A stretch of 64,000 nt of DNA from an uncultured Solirubrobacteraceae bacterium (GTDB lineage: Bacteria > Actinomycetota > Thermoleophilia > Solirubrobacterales > Solirubrobacteraceae). The stretch's first letter is position 1, and each line of letters begins with the position of its first letter. The notes below the pieces were generated by a model. It saw only the letters and a list, made by a program, of their open reading frames with translations. It did not search any database and was not told the DNA's origin. Where the stretch lies: assembly GCA_963730535.1 (NCBI GenBank), contig CAVSRU010000010.1:6142-70141 (forward strand), in the 5' to 3' direction. Of the stretch, positions 19,400 to 27,500 are shown piece by piece. The translations under genes were made by a program, and so were the position numbers.

Positions 19400-20610
19400 G
19401 CGGCCGGCGCCGGCTCGAGGTCGTCGAGGGCGGCGTGTAGAGCGGCGAGCGGGGCGGCGCTGTCGAGCTCGGCGAGCGCGCGTTCGAGGCGGGCGGTGAT
19501 GGCGTCGAGCTGCTCCTGCGCGCGGCGAGCCGCGGCGAGGCGCTGCGCGAGCGCGGCCACCCGCTCGGCCTTGGCGGGCTCGTGGCCGGAGCGGGCCTCG
19601 GCGATCAGCCGCCCGATCTGCTCGGGCGGATCGGCGGCGACCGCGTCGTCGAGCGCCTGGGCGCGCTCCACGACGCGGCCGAGGCGGTCGAGGAGCGCCG
19701 GCGCGTCGGCGCCGCTCAGCACGGCTCGCGCCTCGGCCTCGAGCCGGCGGGCGGTCGCGACCACCGCGGCCGGCCGGGCCGGCCCGCCGGAGCCCGCGGC
19801 GGCGAGCGCCGCCGCGGCGAACGCCGCCGCGCTCTCGTGCCGCTCGCGCGACTGCTTCGCCATAGCGGTCGCGATCACGTCGTCGAAGGCCTCCGGCGCC
19901 CCCGCGTCCGACACCCGCGGCGGCGGCTCGGCGACGTGCGCCCACAGCTTGCTCTCCGGCGCCTCGAGCGGGAACGGGACGCGCCCGGTGAGCGCGAAGA
20001 ACAGCAGGCAGCCGAGCGCGTAGACGTCGGTCCACGGCCCGGTGACGCCGCCGCGGATGCGCTCGGGCGCGAGGTAGTCGAGCGTGCCCAGCACCTCGGC
20101 GCTGCGCGTGGCGCCGGTGCTGGCGCCGAGGTCCTCGACGAGTCCGAAGTCGGTCAGGTAGCAGTGATCGTCGCCGGTCACGAGCACGTTGGCGGGCTTC
20201 ACGTCGCGGTGCACGAGGCCGCGCCTGTGCGCCGCCTCGAGCGCCGAGGCGACCTGGCCGAGCAGCCCGGCCGCCCGCCGCGGCGCCAGCGCGCCGTCAC
20301 GCATCACGATCGTCCCGAGGTTGTCGCCGTCGACGTACCGCATGGCGAGGAACAGCGCACCGTCCTCCTCGCCGGCCCGGAAGATCGGCACCACGTTCGG
20401 GTGGTCGAGCGACGCGGCGGTCCGCGACTCGGCGATGAAGCGCCGCCGGAATCCCACGTTCTCCGCCAGCTCCGGCGCGATCAGCTTCAGCGCGACGGTC
20501 CGCTCGAGCGAGAGGTCGGTCGCCGCGTAGACGACGCCCATGCCGCCACGGCCGAGCACCCGCTCGATGCGGTGGCCGGCGAGCACGGAGCCGATGCGAG
20601 GGTCGGGCAC
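19396..20610 (-). CDS. serine/threonine protein kinase
   Basis: GRGGMGVVY P-loop, ALK, HRDVKPAN, DFG and APE motifs. Ala-rich coiled-coil C-terminus. Confidence 0.9.
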   Translation of the reverse strand: MPDPRIGSVLAGHRIERVLGRGGMGVVYAATDLSLERTVALKLIAPELAENVGFRRRFIAESRTAASLDHPNVVPIFRAGEEDGALFLAMRYVDGDNLGTIVMRDGALAPRRAAGLLGQVASALEAAHRRGLVHRDVKPANVLVTGDDHCYLTDFGLVEDLGASTGATRSAEVLGTLDYLAPERIRGGVTGPWTDVYALGCLLFFALTGRVPFPLEAPESKLWAHVAEPPPRVSDAGAPEAFDDVIATAMAKQSRERHESAAAFAAAALAAAGSGGPARPAAVVATARRLEAEARAVLSGADAPALLDRLGRVVERAQALDDAVAADPPEQIGRLIAEARSGHEPAKAERVAALAQRLAAARRAQEQLDAITARLERALAELDSAAPLAALHAALDDLEPAPAA

Positions 20611-20687
20611 GGCTCAGTTGTAACCGCGGCGGGGTGTCCGGGCAACCGCAGGTGTGGAGGTCGACACCCGGGTGCCGGGGTTGCGCT

Positions 20688-20946
20688 GGCGAACGTCAAC
20701 TGCGCTGGGTAGGGAGAGTGGGGGTGCCGAAGGGGACAATGGTCCCTCGTCCGAGCGGCTCGTGGCCGGTTAGGAGCCGTAGCGGCTCACAAGTGGACAA
20801 CCGATCGCCGAACGAGGCCACGTTGTCCAATTAGGAGCCGTAGCGGCTCACAAACGGACAACCGATCGCCGAGCGACCCCGCGTTGTCCGGTTCTGCACA
20901 CCCGCCGGCTCCCCAGCCTCCCTACCCAGCGCTGTTGACGTTCGCC
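20688..20946. mobile_element. MITE-like nested-palindromic element, copy 1 (subfamily A); mobility inferred
   Basis: 29-bp terminal inverted repeat: GGCGAACGTCAACTGCGCTGGGTAGGGAG at 20688..20716 against its reverse complement at 20918..20946, with 1 mismatch. The core is about 80-90% identical to copy 2. No ORF with coding character. Confidence 0.7.
20770..20891. repeat. 61-bp tandem duplication (2 units) of a double-hairpin module inside element copy 1
   Basis: Units at 20770..20830 and 20831..20891. Each is TTAGGAGCCGTAGCGGCTCACAA + GGACAAC-N19-GTTGTCC. Copy 2 carries a single unit. Confidence 0.85.
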
Positions 20947-22109
20947 GAAACCACCGCGGCCAACCGAGCCACGGCGGTCTCGAGCTCATCCTCGCCAAGG
21001 AAGCTGAACGAGACCCGCAGCTCGTCACCCCCGCCGTCGTCCGGATAGAACGGCGCGCCCGGCACGTAGGCCACGCCGGCCTCGAGCGCCGCCGCACGCA
21101 TCGCGGTCGTGTCGATCCCCGGCAGCGAGAGCCAGGTGAAGAACCCGCCCGCGGGCTCGCTCCACCCGCACCCCGGTGGCATGTGCTCGCGCAGCGCCCG
21201 CTCGACCGCCCGCCAGTGCGACGCGTAGAGCGCCCGTGCCTCCGGGATCCGCCGCTCGAAGTGGCCGGCGCGGCCGTAGGCCTCGACGATCCGCTGCCCG
21301 AGGCCGCCGGCGCACTGGTCGGTCGTCTGCTTGGCCGCCGCCATCTGCGCGATCACGTCGCGCGGGCCGGCAGCCCAGCCGAGCCGCACGCCCGGGCAGA
21401 AGATCTTCGAGAACGTCCCCGCCTGCACGACGACGTCTGGCGCCAGCGACCACAGCGTCGGCGGCGCGGCGCCGTCCTCGAACGCGATCTCGCGGTACGC
21501 GACGTCCTCGAGGACGAGCACCCCGTACCGTCGGCAGAGGTCGACGAGCGCCTGCCGGCGCGGCAGCGACAGCGTGCGGCCGCTCGGGTTCTGGAACTCC
21601 GGGATCACGTACGCGAGCTTGGGCCGCAGGCCGGCCGCCAGCCGCTCCTCGAGCACGTCCACCCGCATCCCGTCCTCGTCCATCTCGATCCCGTGGACGT
21701 CGGCCTCGACGCCCGCGAAGGCCATCAGCGCGCCGAGGTAGGTGGGCGCCTCGACGACCACCGCGTCGCCGGGGTCGATCAGGCTCTGGCACGCCAGCGT
21801 GATGCACTCCATGCCGCCGCTCGTGACGATCAGCTCGGCCGTCTCCGGGCGCCGGCCCTCGAGCTGCTCCTGGCGGTCGAGCAGGAACTCGCGCACGCTC
21901 GGGATGCCCTCGACCGGCGCATACTGGAGCGCGCCGGCGGGATCGTCGCGGAGCAGCGCGGCGACCAGGTCGCCGAGCGCGTCGGCGGGGAAGGTGGCCG
22001 GGTTGGGGAACCCGCCCATCAGGGACAGGACCCCGGGCGGCGGTCCGGCCAGGATCGCGTTCAGCTCGGCGTCGCCCCGGTTGCGAGCGCGGCGCGCGAA
22101 CTCAGGCAT
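20922..22109 (-). CDS. PLP-dependent aminotransferase (class I/II fold)
   Basis: 395-aa ORF. PLP-lysine region GTFSKIFCPGVRLGW. The last 7 codons (ANVNSAG) and the TAG stop lie inside the element's terminal repeat. Confidence 0.85.
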   Translation of the reverse strand: MPEFARRARNRGDAELNAILAGPPPGVLSLMGGFPNPATFPADALGDLVAALLRDDPAGALQYAPVEGIPSVREFLLDRQEQLEGRRPETAELIVTSGGMECITLACQSLIDPGDAVVVEAPTYLGALMAFAGVEADVHGIEMDEDGMRVDVLEERLAAGLRPKLAYVIPEFQNPSGRTLSLPRRQALVDLCRRYGVLVLEDVAYREIAFEDGAAPPTLWSLAPDVVVQAGTFSKIFCPGVRLGWAAGPRDVIAQMAAAKQTTDQCAGGLGQRIVEAYGRAGHFERRIPEARALYASHWRAVERALREHMPPGCGWSEPAGGFFTWLSLPGIDTTAMRAAALEAGVAYVPGAPFYPDDGGGDELRVSFSFLGEDELETAVARLAAVVSANVNSAG

Positions 22110-22767
22110 CGACCTTGAAGGCGAGCGCGCTGGGCTCGCCGCGGTCCAGCTGCGCGACGTGCTCGTCGTACGTCGTGAGGTCGTGCAGCCGCTCGCCGCG
22201 GGCCATCGCCTCGAGCATCGCGCGCTCGGCGCGCGCGATCGCCTCGCCGGTCTCGAGCGCCGCCGCGAGCCGGTCGGGCGCCGCGATCACGATCCCGTCG
22301 TCGTCCGCGAACACCATGTCCCCGGGCGCGACGTCGACCCCTCCGCAGCGGATCTGCTGTCCCAGCGCGGTACGGGAGACCGTCGAGCCGGACATGGGGA
22401 TCGTCCCGCGCGCGAAGACCGGCAGCCCGAGCCGGCGCAGCCCTTGCACGTCGCGGCAGAAGCCGTCGATCACGATCCCCGCCACGCCGCGGCGCTTCGC
22501 TTCGGTGGCGAACAGCTCCCCGGCGACGGCCAGCCGGCGCCCGCCGGTGACGATCACCAGCACGTCGCCGGCCGAGGCCTCGGCGAGCGCGCTGAACACC
22601 GGCAGGTGGTCGTCGGCGGCCACGACGGTGAGCGCCGGGCCGGCCATGCGCACGTCCGCGACCATCGCCCGGATCGCGGGGTCCACCACGGGCAGCCCCT
22701 TGTCGGCGTCGCACAGCGCCGACACCTCGATCCCCAACAGCCGCTCGACCAGCACGGCGGGGGACAA
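22102..22767 (-). CDS. RraA-family protein (putative 4-hydroxy-4-methyl-2-oxoglutarate aldolase/oxaloacetate decarboxylase type)
   Basis: 221-aa ORF. ..GELFATEAKRRGVAGIVIDGFCRD.. is typical of the RraA fold. 8-nt overlap with the aminotransferase gene. Confidence 0.8.
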   Translation of the reverse strand: MSPAVLVERLLGIEVSALCDADKGLPVVDPAIRAMVADVRMAGPALTVVAADDHLPVFSALAEASAGDVLVIVTGGRRLAVAGELFATEAKRRGVAGIVIDGFCRDVQGLRRLGLPVFARGTIPMSGSTVSRTALGQQIRCGGVDVAPGDMVFADDDGIVIAAPDRLAAALETGEAIARAERAMLEAMARGERLHDLTTYDEHVAQLDRGEPSALAFKVDA

Positions 22768-22776
22768 TAGTGGGCG

Positions 22777-23349
22777 CTAGGTGGCGGGCGCGGGAGGCCT
22801 GAGCGCCGCGATCATCGTCCGCAGGCGCTCGCGCAGCGTGCCGGCGTCGATCCGCAGCAGGCCGGCGATCTCGCGTAGCGACAGCGTCGCGAGGCGCATC
22901 CGCAGGATGTCCTGGTCCTCGGCGGGCAGCCGCTGCTCGAGCGCCGCGGCCGCCTTGGGGTCGAGCTCCGGGAAAGTCGGCGCGCCGCGCGCGGCCGAGC
23001 GGACCGCCGCCGCCAGGTGCCGCTCGTCGCCACGCGAGTCGACCAGCGCGTCCGCGCCGGCGAGCATGGCGGAGGCGACCACCCCGGCGTCGAAGCCGTC
23101 GGCGTAGAGGACGACGTGCGGGGAGGGGAAGGAGCTCTTGATCAGGCGGGTCAGCTCGATGCCGTCGGCGCGGCCCGGGGCGTCCTCGACGACCACGACG
23201 TCGGGCGTCGTGGCGTACAGCATGTGGGCCACCGCGTGGGGCTCGCAGGCGGCGCCGCCCACGACCGTGATCTCGCCCGCCCGCGAGAGCAGCGCCTGGA
23301 TGCCGGCGCGCATCGCGGGATGACCGTCGATGACTGCCACTCGAATCAT
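22777..23349 (-). CDS. atypical (degenerate-receiver) response-regulator-like protein with C-terminal HTH
   Basis: 190-aa ORF. REC-like fold, but the expected phospho-acceptor position reads E (PDVVVVEDAPGRADG) and the acidic pair reads DG. C-terminal sigma70-r4/LuxR-like helix-turn-helix. Confidence 0.7.
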   Translation of the reverse strand: MIRVAVIDGHPAMRAGIQALLSRAGEITVVGGAACEPHAVAHMLYATTPDVVVVEDAPGRADGIELTRLIKSSFPSPHVVLYADGFDAGVVASAMLAGADALVDSRGDERHLAAAVRSAARGAPTFPELDPKAAAALEQRLPAEDQDILRMRLATLSLREIAGLLRIDAGTLRERLRTMIAALRPPAPAT

Positions 23350-23414
23350 GCGACGAAGTTCAACGGACGACCCTGTGAGGAACCTAAGCGGAGGCCGAGA
23401 GGTTCCTCAGACCC

Positions 23415-24308
23415 TCAGTCCATCTCCTTGAGCAGCTGGTGGACCATCGTGTCGTCGTCACTGCCCGGTGCGCGGACCTCGCCGAACAGCCGCTCGACGA
23501 TCTCGTCGCTCCAGTCGTGGGTCTGGAGGAGCAGGAAGCGCAGCATCGCGATCCGCAGGTAGCGCTCGGTCTCGGTGCCCGGGCCGCCGAACTCGTGGTC
23601 GCGGAGCACGGCGACCACCGGCTCGTACTCGTCGCGGAACCACGCCTCGGCCATCTCCTCGCGGGAGAGGAGCGTCCCGCGGGCGTGGCTGGCGCGGAAG
23701 CCCCACGCCTCGATCAGCGTCGCAAGCTGGGCGTAGCGCCACTCGTCGGAGAGCTTGATCCGCTCGCGGGCGGCGGGCGGGAGCGGGACCCGCTCGTGGA
23801 AGACGCGCTCGTGCTGCTTGAGCGGGAGGTCGCGGACGGTCAGCTCGGGGCCGGCGCCCAGCTTGGTGCGCACCTCGATGACGTGCGCCTCGATGTCGGT
23901 GTCGCCCATCGCGTGCGCCACCGAGACGCGGTGATGGCCGTCCTGCACGAAGTGCATGTCGCCGATCCGGAAGACGTCGATCGGCGGCATCGCCTCGCCG
24001 CGCCGGCGAGCGGCGGCGATCCGCTCCCAGCGGCTCCGCACGTCGCTCGACGCGGGGCGGAACTCGCGGTCGAACTCGCCGCGGCGGCGGTCGACGGTGC
24101 CGACGATCGAGGCGAGCGGGATCGTCTGCACGCCGGCGTCGCGCTGGCTCGTCCGTCCCAGCGCCGCCACGACCTCCTCGAACGGGAGCATGGCCGAGAC
24201 ATCGTCAGGCTCGTGGCGCAGGAACGCGGCGATCTGCGCAAGCGCCAGCCGCCGCCGCTCGCGCGAGAAGGCGGACTTGGCATCGGCTCGAGGCGACCCG
24301 CTGTCCAC
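23415..24308 (-). CDS. ParB/sulfiredoxin-like N-terminal domain protein (long paralog)
   Basis: 297-aa ORF with a GTG start. Core IPLASIVGTV..FRPASSDVRSRWERIAAARRRGEAMPPIDVF..FVQDGHHRVSVAHAMG, plus a C-terminal helical extension of about 140 aa. Confidence 0.75.
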   Translation of the reverse strand: MDSGSPRADAKSAFSRERRRLALAQIAAFLRHEPDDVSAMLPFEEVVAALGRTSQRDAGVQTIPLASIVGTVDRRRGEFDREFRPASSDVRSRWERIAAARRRGEAMPPIDVFRIGDMHFVQDGHHRVSVAHAMGDTDIEAHVIEVRTKLGAGPELTVRDLPLKQHERVFHERVPLPPAARERIKLSDEWRYAQLATLIEAWGFRASHARGTLLSREEMAEAWFRDEYEPVVAVLRDHEFGGPGTETERYLRIAMLRFLLLQTHDWSDEIVERLFGEVRAPGSDDDTMVHQLLKEMD

Positions 24309-24325
24309 GTTATGGGTTCTACACC

Positions 24326-24517
24326 AACGTCAACTGCGGCTAGGTAGGAGGGTGGCGGTGCCGAAGGGGACAATGGTCCCTCGTCCGGGCGGGGTGTGGC
24401 CGGTTAGGAGCCGTAGCGGCTCACAAACGGGCAACCGATCGCGGAACGAGGCCGCGTTGTCCGGTTATGTGCCGCCGGTCGGCCCCTCCGCCACCCTACC
24501 CAGCCGCAGTTGACGTT
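24326..24517. mobile_element. MITE-like nested-palindromic element, copy 2 (subfamily A)
   Basis: Termini AACGTCAACTGCGGCTAGGTAGG.. and ..CCTACCCAGCCGCAGTTGACGTT. Shares its core with copy 1 (GGTGCCGAAGGGGACAATGGTCCCTCGTCC..GGCCGGTTAGGAGCCGTAGCGGCTCACAAACGG..). Ends 9 nt from the GH92 stop codon. Confidence 0.7.
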
Positions 24518-24525
24518 CGCTGGCG

Positions 24526-27500
24526 CTACCGCGTCGCCACGACCTCCACCCCGGCGACCCAGCCGCCCCAGCCGTCGGTGGGCTTGCTGTCCTGTATCCG
24601 CAGGTAGAACGTCCGCCCCCCGCCGCGCAGGTCGTTGAGCTGCAGCTCGTACTTCTCCCGGTTGGAGAGGTCGCGGATCTCGCGCGTCTCGCGCAGGTGC
24701 TCGGTCCAGTGCTCGTTGTCGACGGAGGACGACACGACGAACTGGTTGCCCATGTCGAGCGTCAAGGTGCCGCCCGTGACCCCGGCCGGGAGCGTGAAGC
24801 GGTACGTGAAGTACGTGCCGTTGTCCGCGAACCGGCCGCCGTTGTTGAGCTGCGAGCCGTCCGCGTCGAACAGCCACGGGCGCTCCTCGTCAGTCCCGGA
24901 CGCGAACGCGATCGTGTCGCCGACGACCTGGAGCGAGCCGCGCGCGGAGACCGGCTCGTCCTCGCCCGTCGTCGCGCTCACCTGCAGCGGATACGAGCCA
25001 GGCGCGGCGCCCGCCGGCACGGTGACCGAGAACTCGACGGTCTTCGACTCGCCGGGCGCGAGCGGACCGTACGCGGCCGACGTGGGCGTGACCGTGAACC
25101 CGGCCGGCGCGGTCATGGTCACCTCGCCGCTCGCCGCCGTCTCGCCGTAGTTCGAGACCTTCACCGGCACGGTCGCGCTCTCACCCGCCCCGGCGGCCGC
25201 GCCAGATCCGACCTCGACCACGACCGGCGACGCGCTGACCGGCCGGTAGTCGAGCAGCTCGACCTCGGCGACCGCCGCCGGCCGCGCGAAGCGGATCCGG
25301 TACGCGCTGTAGTCGTCGGTCCGCGAGAGCTTGAACGCCCGGGTCTGCGAGCGCCAGCGGAACTGCTCACCGCGCCGCGAGTCGAGCACCGTCCAGCTCT
25401 GCCCGTCGTGTGAGCCCTCCACGACCCAGTCGCCCGGGTCGGCGCCCTCGGCCTTGCCCGAGGTGAGCGTGTAGAACTGCACCCGCTCGCCAGCCGGGAA
25501 CTCCCAGGCCGCCTCGGACCCGGTCGCCTCGGTGCCCGACGTGTTGTCGAACAGCGCGCCGGCGTCGTCGCCGCCGGTCAGGTCGGTGAGCGGCTCGGGC
25601 GGCTCGTTGCCGCCGGTGATCGACGGCGGCGCGTCGGGCTGCCGGCTGCCCCACTTCGAGGGAGCGGGGCCCATCGCGAACTCGAGCCGGCCGCCGCTCG
25701 CGAGGTCCTCGTGGCGCAGGTAGGCGCGCTCCCACGCCTTCCCGTTGAGTCGAAGCCCCTGCACGTACACGTTGCGGCGGCTGTTGGCCGGCGCCTCGAC
25801 CACGAGGTCGCGGCCGTTGGCGAGGTGCACGGTCGCGCGCTTGAACAGCGGCGAGCCGACGGCGTAGTTCGGGCTCCCGACCTGGAGCGGGTAGAAGCCG
25901 AGCGCGCTGAACAGGTACCAGGCCGAGGTCTCGCCGTTGTCCTCGTCACCGGCGTAGCCCTGCCCGATCTCGGAGCCGACGTACATCCGCCGGAGCGCCT
26001 CGCGCACCTTGGCCTGCGTCTTCGACGGCTGGCCCGCGTAGTCGTACATGTACGGGATGTGGTGGGAGACCTGGTTCGAGAAGCCCCACTGGCCCATGCG
26101 CACGTCGCGCGCCTCGGTCATCTCGTGGATCACGCCGCCGTAGGAGCCGACGAACTTGGCGGTCTCCGGCGTCGCGAAGAACTCGTCGAGCTTCGCCGCC
26201 AGGCGGTCGCGGCCGCCGTACAGGTTCGCGAGCCCCTGCCCGTCGTGCGGCACGTGGAACGCGAAGTTCCAGCCGTCGGTCTCGGTGTAGTCGTGCTCGT
26301 GGCCCCAGACCCGGGGGTCGTACTCCTCCGGGGAGGACTTCCACGTCCCGTCCGACGCCCGCCCCTGGAAGAAGCGGATCGCCGGGTCGAACATGTTCAC
26401 GTAGTTCTGCGACCGGCTGCGGAAGTACTCCGCCTCCTCGCGGTAGCGGCGCCGGTCGGCCGAGCTGAACGTCCGGTCGTCAGCGAGCACGGCGGCCGAG
26501 TTCGAGATCCCGAAGTCGTTGATCGCGCCCTCGAGACCCCACGAGACGCCCTCGGACACGCGCGACGGCGTGTAGCCGAGGAAGATCGACTCGATCAGCC
26601 CCTTGCGGCCGACCTGCGTGTTGTACGGGTCGTCCTCGGGCGGCGCCACGGTCGCGTTGCGCAGCGCGGCGTCGTAGGCGTCGCGGGCGTCGAAGCCCTT
26701 GATGCCCTTGACGTGGGCGTCGGCGAACGACACGTCGGAGCTCGTGCCGGTCATCAGGTTCGCGTAGCCGGGCGACGACCAGCGCGAGATCCACCCGCCG
26801 TCGCGGTACTGCTGCACGAAGCCGTCGACCAGCTCGCCGGCCGTGCCCGCGTCGAACAGCGAGTACGCCGACCATGCGGTGCGGTACGTGTCCCAGAACC
26901 CGTTGTTCACGTACACCTTGCCGGGCCGGATCGGCGCGCCGGTCCGCTCGGGGGTGCTGGGCGGCGGCGTGTCCGAGTCCGTCGACTGCACCGCGTGCTC
27001 CCACTGCGGGCTCGCCGCCGTGCCGGTGTTCTCGTGACCCGAGTTGGGATACAGCGAGAGCCGGTAGAGGTTCGAGTACAGCGTCGTCAGCTGGTCCTCG
27101 GTCGCGCCCTCGACCTCGATGACGCCGAGCTTGCGGTCCCAGAGCTGCTGCGCCCGGGCGGACACGCTCTCGATCGTGTCGCTGTCGGACAGCTCGAGCT
27201 CGAGGTTGTGCTTCGCCTGGTCCACGCTGATCAGCGAGGTCGCGATCCGCATGTTCACCGTTCGCGCGTTGAAGCGCTGGCCGTCGACCATCGGTTGGTC
27301 GAACGTGGCGTAGATGAACATCCGCGTGGCGCCGTTGGAGAGGCCGCTGCGCGTCTCGGTCCAGCCCGTCAGGACGCCGTCGGAGATGTTCACGTCCCAC
27401 CGGTCGCCGGCGCCGACGTTCCGGAAGTTCAGGCCGCCCGAGTCACCCGGGAAGGTGAAGCGGAACAACGCCGCGTGGTCGGTCGGCGCGATCTCGGTGC

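Noticed and set aside
20634-20834. ORFs inside the repeat elements that share peptides such as VPKGTMVPRP..WPVRSRSGSQ (also 23956..24513, 24404..24877, 20831..21097, 52023..52688)
   Set aside because: The shared peptides are just the translation of the repeated DNA. The frames lack a GC3 bias, cross hairpin arms on both strands, and have no start or RBS context.
20770-20891. Possible miniature CRISPR array (two direct repeats containing a palindrome)
   Set aside because: There are only two units and they are directly abutting with no spacer. They are embedded in a TIR-bounded element that recurs with a single unit at 24.4 kb. No cas genes are in the window.
20688-20946. Integron attC-like sites (imperfect palindromes at the 3' ends of ORFs ending in ..AAC / GTT..)
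   Set aside because: The ends read CGTCAAC / GTTGACG, which do not fit RYYYAAC / GTTRRRY. The elements are 190-290 bp with long perfect arms rather than attC-type bulged stems. There is no intI, and the flanking genes are ordinary core-type genes in mixed orientation.
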